64,000 nt of DNA, taken from NCBI GenBank assembly GCA_026393855.1, contig JAPKZJ010000065.1:4560-68559 (forward strand). The letters run 5' to 3'. The notes beneath the pieces were generated by a model. The model did no database searches. It had not been told where the DNA came from and worked only from the letters and a program-made list of their open reading frames with translations. Positions 9,285-18,125 of this stretch are shown here, piece by piece; position 1 is the stretch's first letter, and each line of letters starts with the position of its first letter. This stretch comes from Candidatus Aminicenantes bacterium. GTDB lineage: Bacteria; Acidobacteriota; Aminicenantia; Aminicenantales; UBA4085. The position numbers were made by a program, and so were the translations under genes.

Positions 9285-10838
9285 ATGAGCCGAGGAGAGA
9301 CCGGCCGCCCGACGGGCTTGAATTGGATTAAGGCGCTGCCGGCCTTGGCTGGCTTCATAGCTCTCCTGGGCGGCGGTTCCGCCGTCTATGCGGGACGGCT
9401 GCCCGGGCGCGGCATTCCTCCGACTTTCCATCTCTCATCCTACCAAGCCGGCTTCGACAGCAATGAGGGAGGGGGCTTCGGCCTCCTCCCGTTCTCTTTG
9501 CAACAACAGCCCTTCGTCGAACCCGACGTCCGGCTCCGGGATGACGACCCGGCGTTCATCAAAAAATCGTTGCCCGGGGGGGTTGCCTTCCGGGTGTTTT
9601 CCTCGAATGTCCTGACCTGGGCGATGGATCGGTTCATCATGGGCTATCCCTGGGCCCGGGTCGGGTTGACGAGCTGGAAAAACAATTTCCTGAAGGGTTG
9701 GCAGTGGGATATCGACCCTTTCAACACGAATTTTTTCTTCCATCCCTATTCCGGCGGCGCTTTTTTCAATTCCGCCCGGTCCAACGGGTACGGGTATTTC
9801 AGCTCCGTCCCCTTCGCCTTGATGGGCAGTCTGATGTGGGAGTACTTCGGAGAAACGGGCCGGCCGGCTTACAACGATCTGATCAACACGACGCTCAGCG
9901 GTTCCTTATTCGGGGAAATTTTTTATCGGTTGAGCTCATCGCTCCTGGACGACCGGGCGACCGGGGTGGAGCGGTTCTTCAGGGAATTCGGGGCCCTGCT
10001 TCTTAGCCCGGGGCGAGCGTTCAGCCGGCTCCTGCAGGGTAAGTTGACCCGGGTCACGACGAAGGAGATCTATCAGAAAGAGCCGATAAACATTTCCGCG
10101 AGCGCGGGAGCGCATTGGTTCAATCAAGGCAGCCGCTTCGGCACCGGCAGCCTGAGCGCCAACTTAAACATCCATTTGGATTATGGCGATCCATTTGAAA
10201 TCCGGCCCCGGAAGCCATTTGATTTCTTCAAGATCCGGACGGACCTCAGCTACGGGAAAAACATGGGCAAGCGATATCTGGACAATTTCATCGGTTACGG
10301 CCTGCTCTTCGGCAAAACCGTTCACTCGGGGAGCATGGATTTGCTGATGGGGGTCTTCCAGCACTATAACTACTGGGACAGCAAGATCTTTCAGATCAGC
10401 ACCTTGGCTTTCGGCGGGGGGCTGATTGCCAAGTGGCGGCTGTCCGAGGAATCGAATCTCCAAGCCGCCTTCCATCTCGGGCTCATTCCCCTCGGGGCCA
10501 GCGATTCGCCCTATATCGATTTGATGGAAGCCGGGGAACATGTCCGCAACTACAATTATGCGGGCGGAGCCGAGGCCAAGATCGAGAGCACCCTGAACCT
10601 CACGACGTTCGGCCAGCTGACGGCGATCTTCTATTTTTACCGGCTTTATAATTTCGTCGGCCCGGCCGGGCACAACAACATTATGGTCTTCAAGCCCAGG
10701 CTGGCCATCAAGCTGGTCGACAACATCAACTTGGGATTTGAGTTTCTGTATTATTACAAGGAAGGCTATTACCTGCATTTGCCCGATATCAAAAAGAGCA
10801 ACAGCGAGCAGAAGCTGTACCTCATGCTGTATTTCTGA
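9285..10838 (+). CDS. membrane/outer-membrane-associated protein, DUF3943-like
   Basis: GAGGA lies before the ATG. Hydrophobic N-terminus. Conserved-looking block WQWDIDPFNTNFFFHPYSGGAFFNSARSNGY. C-terminal half has alternating beta-strand-like segments ending in an aromatic residue (LYLMLYF). GC is visibly lower than in neighbouring genes. Confidence 0.55.
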   Translation: MSRGETGRPTGLNWIKALPALAGFIALLGGGSAVYAGRLPGRGIPPTFHLSSYQAGFDSNEGGGFGLLPFSLQQQPFVEPDVRLRDDDPAFIKKSLPGGVAFRVFSSNVLTWAMDRFIMGYPWARVGLTSWKNNFLKGWQWDIDPFNTNFFFHPYSGGAFFNSARSNGYGYFSSVPFALMGSLMWEYFGETGRPAYNDLINTTLSGSLFGEIFYRLSSSLLDDRATGVERFFREFGALLLSPGRAFSRLLQGKLTRVTTKEIYQKEPINISASAGAHWFNQGSRFGTGSLSANLNIHLDYGDPFEIRPRKPFDFFKIRTDLSYGKNMGKRYLDNFIGYGLLFGKTVHSGSMDLLMGVFQHYNYWDSKIFQISTLAFGGGLIAKWRLSEESNLQAAFHLGLIPLGASDSPYIDLMEAGEHVRNYNYAGGAEAKIESTLNLTTFGQLTAIFYFYRLYNFVGPAGHNNIMVFKPRLAIKLVDNINLGFEFLYYYKEGYYLHLPDIKKSNSEQKLYLMLYF

Positions 10839-10995
10839 AGCTCAGCCTGATTGATTTTTTTGCCGGGCTGATATAAAAGTCTGTTTTCATGGCTCTTTAT
10901 CTCGGCCTACGTCCCATTCCCGCCCTGCCCTCTTTCGCCCCTCCGGCCGTCTCCGGACGGCCGACAACTCATTCCCTTAACTTCCTGGAGGCCTC

Positions 10996-13683
10996 ATGAA
11001 GCGTTTACCGGCGGCAATCGCCCTCGCTCTTATTCTCGTCCTGGGCTGCCTGACTCTCGTCGGTGCCCAAGCCCCGGCGGCCCAGAAAGCCAATTACGAG
11101 CTGGCCTCGCGCTGGACGGCGGCCAAGGTCGGCAAGCTCGTCTTCGACGGCCAGGTCCAGCCCCGCTGGCTCGAATCGGGCGACCGGTTCTGGTACGCCT
11201 ATGAGACGAGCCAGGGCCGGAAGTGGTTCATCGTCGATCCGGCCCTTAAGTCACGCAGGCCGCTCTTCGACAACGCCAAGATGGCGGCCCTGCTGACCAA
11301 GATCACCCTCTTCCCCTATGAGGCCCAACACCTGCCGATCCGGACGATCAAGTTCATCAAGAAGGACACGACGATCCGGTTCGATATCGAGTATCCCAAA
11401 GACGCCGATGTCCGGGTCGGCGACGTCTTGAAAAAGGTCGTCGACGTAGGCAAGGAGTTCGAGGATAAGGAGAAGGAGAAGGAAAAGCTCCAGGACACCC
11501 AGAAGAAGGATCAGGACAAAAAGGATCAGGATAAGAAGGATCAGGATAAGAAGGACGCGGACAAGCTCAAGGAGCCCGAGAGCAAGACCAAGGCCCTGTA
11601 CTTCGAATACGAACTGGCCTCCGGCAAGCTGACTCTCCTGGAGGATTACAAGGCCCCCGAGACCCGGCCGCGCTGGGCCTCGGTTTCGCCCGACGAGAAG
11701 ACGATCATTTTCGGCCGCGGTTTCAATCTCTACATGATGGATGCCGAGAGCTTTAAAAAGGCCTGGAAGAAGGCCGATGATAAGGACGTCAAGGAAGTCC
11801 AATTGACGACTGACGGCGAGGAATACTACAGCTACACTCGTGACCTCACCGACGAGGAGAAGAAGACCTACCAGAAGGACGAAAAGGACCGCAAGGACTA
11901 CCGGGTCCCGGCGGCCGGGGTGATCTGGTCCAAGGACTCCAAAAAGTTCTCGATCGAGCGCGACGATTCGCGCAAGGTCGGTGCCCTGTGGGTTATCAAC
12001 TCTCTGTCCAATCCGCGGCCGACCCTGGAAACCTACAAATACGCCATGCCCGGCGAGGAAGCCCAGCCGCAGTTCGAGCTGTGGATCTTCGACCTCGCCT
12101 CCAAAGGCAAGATCAAGGTCAAGACGGACAAGTACAAGGACCAGACGATCGATGTCTACGCGGCGGAGCGGAAAGCGTCCGACCTTGAGAAGGACTACCC
12201 GCCGCCGGCCACCTGGCTGGGCGACCGCTCCGACCTGCTCTACCTGGGCCGCCAGAGCCGCAATCTGCACCGCTACGACGTCAGCACCGTCGACGTCGAG
12301 AAGGGCGAAGTCAAAGTTCTGTTCGAGGAAGTCCTCAACACCTATGTCGACGTCCAGCCGCCTAAGCTGGTCGACGGCGGCAAGGAGATCGTCTGGTGGT
12401 CCGAACGGGACGGCTGGGGCCACTATTATTTGTACGACGGGGCGGGCAAGCTCAAGGGGCCGATCACCTCGGGCGAGTTCGTCTGCGCCGGCATCCAGCG
12501 CCTGGACGAGAAGGGCCGCGTCCTGTATTTCAACGCCTGGGGCCGCGAGCCGGGCGAGGACCCTTACTTTGCGCATCTTTACCGGGTCGGCTTGGACGGC
12601 AGCGGGCTCAAGCTGCTCAACCCGGGCGACGCCAATCATGCCGGTGCGATGAACGAGGCCGGCCGCTGGTTTGTGGACAATTTTAGCCGGGTCGACCAGG
12701 CGCCCAAGTCGGAGCTTCGCGATGCGCTGGGCAATCTGATCCTGCCCCTCGAGTCGACGGATGTCTCGGCCCTCGTTGCGGCCGGATTCAAATATCCCGA
12801 GTCTTTCAGCGTTAAGGCTGACGACGGCGTCACCGATTTGTACGGGGTCATGTACAAGCCGTTCGATTTCGACCCCCAGAAAAAGTATCCCATCATCCTC
12901 TACGTCTATCCGGGCCCCCAGACGGAGAGCGTCTCCAAGACCTTCGTCCCGCGGAGCGCCAGCATGCAATTGGCCCAGTTCGGGTTCATCGTGGTCGAGA
13001 TCGGAAACCGGGGCGGCAATCCCCAGCGCTCCAAGTGGTACCACAACTTCGGCTACGGCAACCTGCGCGACTATGGCCTGGCCGACAAGAAGCGCTGCGT
13101 CGAGCTGCTGGCCCAGAAGCACTCCTTCGTCGACGGCGACCGGGTCGGCATCTTCGGCCATAGCGGCGGCGGATTCATGACGGCGGCGGCGCTGCTTGTC
13201 TATCCCGACTTCTTCAAAGTCGGCGTATCCTCCTCGGGCAACCACGAGAACAACATCTACAACCGCTGGTGGAGCGAGAAGCACCACGGCGTCAAGGAAG
13301 TGACGGACGACAAGGGCGTCGTCAAGTTCGAATATGCCATCGAGAAGAACTCCGAGCTGGCCAAAAACCTCAAGGGCCACCTGCTGTTGACGACGGGGGA
13401 CATCGACAACAACGTCCACCCCGGCAATACTTTCCGGCTGGCCAACGCCCTGGTCCGGGCCAACAAGCGGTTCGACTTTTTCCTTTTCCCTGGCCAGCGC
13501 CACGGCTATGGGGATATGGGGGATTACTGGTCCTGGATCCGGGCCGATTACTTCTGCAAGTGGTTGCTCGGCGACTTCTCCCAGTCGGTCGATATGTGGG
13601 AGCTCAATCGCGAGAAGGAGCAGTCCGGGGCTAAGGCGGCCGCGGCGGCGACCGGAGGGACGGGCGGCGGCGTGCGCCGCTAA
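10996..13683 (+). CDS. S9 family serine peptidase, dipeptidyl-peptidase IV type (beta-propeller plus alpha/beta hydrolase)
   Basis: GGAGG RBS. Signal peptide MKRLPAAIALALILVLGCLTLVGAQA. Catalytic triad context GIFGHSGGGF (Ser), LLLTTGDIDNNVHP (Asp), FPGQRHGY (His). Confidence 0.85.
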   Translation: MKRLPAAIALALILVLGCLTLVGAQAPAAQKANYELASRWTAAKVGKLVFDGQVQPRWLESGDRFWYAYETSQGRKWFIVDPALKSRRPLFDNAKMAALLTKITLFPYEAQHLPIRTIKFIKKDTTIRFDIEYPKDADVRVGDVLKKVVDVGKEFEDKEKEKEKLQDTQKKDQDKKDQDKKDQDKKDADKLKEPESKTKALYFEYELASGKLTLLEDYKAPETRPRWASVSPDEKTIIFGRGFNLYMMDAESFKKAWKKADDKDVKEVQLTTDGEEYYSYTRDLTDEEKKTYQKDEKDRKDYRVPAAGVIWSKDSKKFSIERDDSRKVGALWVINSLSNPRPTLETYKYAMPGEEAQPQFELWIFDLASKGKIKVKTDKYKDQTIDVYAAERKASDLEKDYPPPATWLGDRSDLLYLGRQSRNLHRYDVSTVDVEKGEVKVLFEEVLNTYVDVQPPKLVDGGKEIVWWSERDGWGHYYLYDGAGKLKGPITSGEFVCAGIQRLDEKGRVLYFNAWGREPGEDPYFAHLYRVGLDGSGLKLLNPGDANHAGAMNEAGRWFVDNFSRVDQAPKSELRDALGNLILPLESTDVSALVAAGFKYPESFSVKADDGVTDLYGVMYKPFDFDPQKKYPIILYVYPGPQTESVSKTFVPRSASMQLAQFGFIVVEIGNRGGNPQRSKWYHNFGYGNLRDYGLADKKRCVELLAQKHSFVDGDRVGIFGHSGGGFMTAAALLVYPDFFKVGVSSSGNHENNIYNRWWSEKHHGVKEVTDDKGVVKFEYAIEKNSELAKNLKGHLLLTTGDIDNNVHPGNTFRLANALVRANKRFDFFLFPGQRHGYGDMGDYWSWIRADYFCKWLLGDFSQSVDMWELNREKEQSGAKAAAAATGGTGGGVRR
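11503..11562 (+). repeat. in-frame 15-nt x4 tandem repeat encoding (KKDQD)x3-KKDAD inside the S9 peptidase
   Basis: aagaaggatcaggac / aaaaaggatcaggat / aagaaggatcaggat / aagaaggacgcggac, embedded in a wider K/D/E-rich insert (EFEDKEKEKEKLQDTQKKDQDKKDQDKKDQDKKDADKLKEPESK). Confidence 0.9.
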
Positions 13684-13737
13684 GCGGCGGATTTCGCGGG
13701 GCCATGGGGTCAGCCGGCCCGCGGGAAGCGAGAGGAT

Positions 13738-14202
13738 ATGACCAAGCCGACGCCGGAAGATCGAGTCCGTTTTCGGGTCCGCGACTACGGGCCCGGGGAC
13801 TTTCCCCAGGTGGAGGCGGTCTGGCGGGAAGCCGGGATGGCAACGCCTAAGCGCGGCGATTCGGCCGAAGTTGTCGACCGGACCCTGCGCCACGAGGGGG
13901 CGCGCCTGTTCGTGCTCGAAGACGGCGAATCGGGCCGGCTGGCGGGCACGTCATGGATGACTTGCGACGGCCGGCGCATCCATCTCCATCATTTCGCCGT
14001 CGCGGCCGAGTGGCGGGGGCGAGGGTTGGCGAAGATCCTTCTGGAAGCCTCGCTCCGTCATGTCCGGGCGGAAGGAATCCAGGTTAAGCTCGAAGTCCAC
14101 AAGTCCAATGGCCCGGCCGTTAATCTGTATCGCAAGGCGGGATTCGAGACGATCGGCGATTACGAGGTTTATATCATCCGCGATCTGACGAAGATGCCTT
14201 AA
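13738..14202 (+). CDS. GNAT family N-acetyltransferase
   Basis: Acetyl-CoA binding motif context IHLHHFAVAAEWRGRGLAKILLEASL...NGPAVNLYRKAGFE. Confidence 0.8.
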   Translation: MTKPTPEDRVRFRVRDYGPGDFPQVEAVWREAGMATPKRGDSAEVVDRTLRHEGARLFVLEDGESGRLAGTSWMTCDGRRIHLHHFAVAAEWRGRGLAKILLEASLRHVRAEGIQVKLEVHKSNGPAVNLYRKAGFETIGDYEVYIIRDLTKMP

Positions 14203-14317
14203 AAAGGGAGGCGGGATTGCGGCGTCGCCGCCGCGATCGGATCGTCCGACCGGGGCCGATCGGGAGCCCATTGTCGGTCAGCTGCGCCGGGCTTGTCAAA
14301 CGGCGGCTTCGCGGCGG

Positions 14318-14347
14318 TCGACAGGGCCGGGTCGGTCATGGTAAATT
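14318..14347 (+). promoter_or_regulatory. candidate sigma70-type promoter (TCGACA-N18-TAAATT) 7 nt upstream of ATG 14355; possibly a leaderless transcript
   Basis: Hexamers read directly from the sequence. No Shine-Dalgarno lies between the -10 element and the ATG. Confidence 0.3.
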
Positions 14348-14354
14348 GCGCCCC

Positions 14355-15182
14355 ATGATCGACTCCGCGTTTCTCTGGCGGCTGCTCCTGTCGTTTCTCG
14401 TCGGCGGCGGCTGGATCGCCGCCGCGACGCTGGCGGCCGACCGGCTGGGCAGCCGGATCGGCGGCTTTTTGAGCGGCCTGCCGTCCACCGTGGTCGTGAC
14501 CTTCTTCTTCATCGGCCTCGGCCAGGGGACGGAGGCGGCCGCCCAGGCGACGACCGTCTTCCCGATGGCCTTCGCCGTCACCGGGCTTTTCTTGCTCGCC
14601 TTCGCCGTTCTCTCCCGCGGCAGCTTCGCCGCCGGATTCTCGGCCGCCCTCGTGCTGTGGGTCGTGCTTTCGGCGCTCATCCTCATCCTCAAGCCGAATC
14701 GCTTCGGCTGGTCGCTGGCGGTCTATGCCGTTGTTCTGGCTGCGTCAATCGGGCTCACCGGATCGGTGCTCCGCCTGCCTAAGGCCCAACACGGCGGCGG
14801 CCGGCATTCGCCGCTTCAGGTGGCGGCCCGGGCCGTCTTCGGCGGCCTGATCATCGTCGTGGCCGTGCTTCTAAGCCGGATCGGGGGACCGGTCTTCGGC
14901 GGCGTCTTCGCCGGCTTTCCGGCCGTCTTCGTCTCCACCCTGGTCATCGGCTTCCGCGAGCACGGGCTGGATTTCGCCCGGGCCATCGTCCGGCCGATGC
15001 TGCTCACCGGCATGATCACCATCGGCATCTACGGGATCGGCGTGCGCCTCCTGTATCCGGTGTTCGGCTTGATCCGAGGAACCGTGCTCTCGTTCCTGCT
15101 GTCTCTCGTCGCGGGCGTGTTCGTGTTCATCTTGCTGCGCCCGCAGGCCGGGGGAGCACCCGCAAGCTCCGGCGGCCATTGA
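14355..15182 (+). CDS. polytopic integral membrane protein of unknown function (internal duplication, possibly DUF3147-like)
   Basis: About 8 hydrophobic helices. Two similar halves (GGFLSGLPSTVVVTFFFIG / GGVFAGFPAVFVSTLVIGF). The Arg-rich 46 codons upstream in the track ORF were rejected. Confidence 0.6.
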   Translation: MIDSAFLWRLLLSFLVGGGWIAAATLAADRLGSRIGGFLSGLPSTVVVTFFFIGLGQGTEAAAQATTVFPMAFAVTGLFLLAFAVLSRGSFAAGFSAALVLWVVLSALILILKPNRFGWSLAVYAVVLAASIGLTGSVLRLPKAQHGGGRHSPLQVAARAVFGGLIIVVAVLLSRIGGPVFGGVFAGFPAVFVSTLVIGFREHGLDFARAIVRPMLLTGMITIGIYGIGVRLLYPVFGLIRGTVLSFLLSLVAGVFVFILLRPQAGGAPASSGGH

Positions 15183-15315
15183 CTCCCCCCGCTCTCGGTC
15201 GTATGCTTGCAGCATCAACCGGTGGGCGGAAATGCCTTCCGATGCGAGCGGCGTTCGCCTCCTGCCTAAAGTCCGTTCCTGACCGGTCCTCTCGATTGTC
15301 CGGAGAAATCTCGCC

Positions 15316-17877
15316 GTGGCTCTTAAAATGCTCAAGCTGTTTCTGGGTGAACCGGTCGCGGATCCCGGCCTCAAGGAGCAGTTTGAGCGGGAGACCAGGT
15401 CCCTCAGCCGGGAGATGCTCTCCCTGACCTGTCTGATCGGGATGTTCCTCTTCCCGCTCTTCGGAACGCTCGACGTCATCGTCTTTCCCCGGCTTTATCC
15501 CGTCTTCTGGGCCCTGCGGCTGATCGAAGTCGTCGTCTGCGCCGTCCTTTATGCCCTCGCCAAATCCAAGTGGGTCCGCTCCCATCCCGCCGACGCCGGC
15601 ATGTTTCTGATGATCGCCAGCTGCCTCAATATCGTGGCCATGTGCTGGCTGACCGGGGGGCCGACGAGCGTCTATTATGCCGGCATCAACCTGACGATTC
15701 TGGTGGTGATCTTCGTCATGATCCTGGACGCCCGGCGCGCCCTGCTGGCCTGCGCGGTCGTCTATGCCTTTTTCATGCTTCCCCTGCTTTCCGGATCGTT
15801 CGACGCTTCTCAAACGGCCGCGATCGTCTCCAACAACTATTTTCTCCTGATCACCATGGCTTTGGCCGTTCTCTGGACCCTGATCAAGAACCGGACCCGG
15901 CTGGAGGCCCTGCGCGGGAGGCGAAGCCTGGCCAAGGCCAATGAGGAATTGAAGCAGCTGGACGCCTTGAAGTCGCAGTTTTTTGCCAACGTCAGCCACG
16001 AAGTCCGAACCCCCCTGACTTCGATCCTGGGGCCGATCGCAAGCCTCTATCAAGGCGACGCCGGAGACTTGGCCGCGGACCAGCAGGCCCTGATCGAGAC
16101 GGTGTACCGCAACTCCCTGAAGCTTCTCGATATGATCAATCAAATGCTCGATTTCTCCAAAATCGAGGCCGGGAAGATGCCGCTTCGACTGACCCGGGAG
16201 GACTTGGGCGCAACCTTGCGGGAGACCGTCGACATCTTCCGGCCGATCGCCGAACGCAAGGGGATCCGGCTGGATTTCCGGCCCGGCGGAGACGTCCCGG
16301 CGGTCGATATCGACGCCGGCAAATTCGAGCGGGTTGTGACGAACTTGGTGCGCAACGCCCTGAAATTCACGGACCATGGATCCATCCTTGTGACTCTGCG
16401 GGCGGAGGGCCTGCGGATCCGGCTGGCCGTGGAGGACACGGGGATCGGCATCGCGCCCGAACATCTGGCTTCCATCTTCGAGCGCTTCCATCAAGTCGAC
16501 GGATCCAGCACCCGCCGCTACGAGGGCACGGGGATCGGCTTGACCCTCGTCAAAGAGTATGTCGAGCTGATGCGGGGCACGATCTCGGTGACCAGCGAGC
16601 TCGGGCGCGGCACGCGGTTTGAGATCGAGCTGCCCGCGAACCTGGCGGATCTGGCGCCCGAGGCCGTCCGCGAACGCCGGTCGGCGCCGTCCGGCCGCGC
16701 CCCTACCCGGGCCGTCCCGGCCGGAGGACGGCCGCCTTCGGCCCGCTGCCGGGACGAAGGGGCCCCGGTCTCCATCGGCGATCTGGCTTGGATGGAACAA
16801 ATCGCGCCACCGCTCGATGCCGAGCTTCTCTCCGGCGATGACGCGCCGCCGCCGGTCGATCGGGTGCTCTTGGCCGAGGACAATGCGGATCTGCGGGCCT
16901 TTCTCCGGACTATGCTGATCCGGTCCGGACATGATGTCGTCGCCGTGGCGGACGGAGTCGAGGCTTGGGAAGCGGCCGAAAGAGATTTACCGGATGTGAT
17001 CGTTTCCGACCTGATGATGCCGCGGCTGGATGGCTATGAGCTTCTGCGGAAGGTCAAGGGCACTTCGGCCACTCGGCAGATTCCCGTCATTCTGATCACG
17101 GCCAAGCCGGGGCTGGAGGCCAAGCTCAAAGGGTATGAGCACGGCGCCGATGCCTTTATTGGGAAGCCTGTTCAGATCCGCGAGCTCGACGCCCGGATCC
17201 GGAATCTCACGGCCGAGCACCGGAGTCAGCTCGCTGCCATTCGGTTAAAAGAGATGGAGTCGCGGGAGGATGAGCGGTTGCGGGGATTCGAAAAGCTCCG
17301 CTTGGCCTTGAAGTCCACCGTCCAATCCATTGCGGCTGTCGCCGAAATGAGGGACCCCTACACGGCGGGCCATCAACGGCGGGTGGCCGACTTGGCCTTG
17401 GCCCTCGGCGCGGAAAGGGGGCTTTCGGCCGACTGCATCGAGGGTCTCCATATGGCGGCCATGATCCACGACATCGGCAAGATCCGCATCCCTACGGAAA
17501 TCTTGAGCAAGCCCTCGAAATTGACGGCTCTGGAGTTTGAGCTGATCAAAACGCACGCCCAGGCGGGAGCCGACATCCTCAAGGGCATCGATTTCCCCTG
17601 GCCCATTGCCCGCATGATACTGGAGCACCACGAACGGATGGACGGCTCGGGGTATCCGGGAGGCCTGCGCGGCGAAAGCCTCCTCCCGGAATCCAGGATT
17701 CTCGCCGTGGCCGATGCCGTGGAGGCGATTTCGACCCATCGGCCCTACCGTCCCGCCCTGGGCATCGAGGCCGCATTGGCGGAGATCGAGGCCAAGAAGG
17801 GACTGCTCTTCGACGCCGCCGCGGTGGACGCCTGCCTGACGCTTTTCCGGCAGAAGCAATATTCGCTCCCGGTTTGA
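15316..17877 (+). CDS. hybrid sensor histidine kinase - receiver - HD-GYP phosphodiesterase fusion
   Basis: N-terminal multi-TM sensor. HisKA H-box FANVSHEVRTPLTSILG. HATPase GTGIGLTLVKEYVELMRGTISVTSELGRGTRFEIELP. REC VLLAEDNADLR...VIVSDLMMPRLDGYELL...ITAK. HD-GYP HQRRVADL...IHDIGKIRIP...HHERMDGSGYPGGL. Confidence 0.85.
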   Translation: MALKMLKLFLGEPVADPGLKEQFERETRSLSREMLSLTCLIGMFLFPLFGTLDVIVFPRLYPVFWALRLIEVVVCAVLYALAKSKWVRSHPADAGMFLMIASCLNIVAMCWLTGGPTSVYYAGINLTILVVIFVMILDARRALLACAVVYAFFMLPLLSGSFDASQTAAIVSNNYFLLITMALAVLWTLIKNRTRLEALRGRRSLAKANEELKQLDALKSQFFANVSHEVRTPLTSILGPIASLYQGDAGDLAADQQALIETVYRNSLKLLDMINQMLDFSKIEAGKMPLRLTREDLGATLRETVDIFRPIAERKGIRLDFRPGGDVPAVDIDAGKFERVVTNLVRNALKFTDHGSILVTLRAEGLRIRLAVEDTGIGIAPEHLASIFERFHQVDGSSTRRYEGTGIGLTLVKEYVELMRGTISVTSELGRGTRFEIELPANLADLAPEAVRERRSAPSGRAPTRAVPAGGRPPSARCRDEGAPVSIGDLAWMEQIAPPLDAELLSGDDAPPPVDRVLLAEDNADLRAFLRTMLIRSGHDVVAVADGVEAWEAAERDLPDVIVSDLMMPRLDGYELLRKVKGTSATRQIPVILITAKPGLEAKLKGYEHGADAFIGKPVQIRELDARIRNLTAEHRSQLAAIRLKEMESREDERLRGFEKLRLALKSTVQSIAAVAEMRDPYTAGHQRRVADLALALGAERGLSADCIEGLHMAAMIHDIGKIRIPTEILSKPSKLTALEFELIKTHAQAGADILKGIDFPWPIARMILEHHERMDGSGYPGGLRGESLLPESRILAVADAVEAISTHRPYRPALGIEAALAEIEAKKGLLFDAAAVDACLTLFRQKQYSLPV

Positions 17878-17917
17878 GCCGCAACCTCCGTTTGGGGCCG
17901 CTATTCTCGCCCGGCAC

Positions 17918-17946
17918 TTGACGCCGTTTCGGAATCTGCCTATGAT
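17918..17946 (+). promoter_or_regulatory. candidate sigma70 promoter TTGACG-N17-TATGAT upstream of the trpB-like gene
   Basis: Near-consensus hexamers with 17-nt spacing. Would give a leader of about 170 nt containing the GGGCGG-CCTCCT-CCGCCC hairpin. Confidence 0.4.
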
Positions 17947-18125
17947 GCTCGGCATGGAACGTAGTGCAAGAGCCGACGCAACCTGCCGGGCTCTTTCTCT
18001 ATCCCTCCTTTTCTGGTGGGCGGCCTCCTCCGCCCAATAAATCCACCCCCCGCGCCATTTTTCCCGCAAACCATTCGCCCAGGCGAATTTTCCGCGCGTC
18101 CACGACCAGAAAAATGGAGAATAAC

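Noticed and set aside
11251-13893. 880-aa antisense ORF opposite the first S9 peptidase; the same pattern occurs at 15127..16932, 20260..21753, 23267..24523, 41998..43677, 52214..54817 and 56297..58057
   Set aside because: Each lies antisense to a gene with strong family motifs, has a Gly/Arg/Asp/Val-rich composition mirroring the sense codons, and lacks an RBS or a domain signature.
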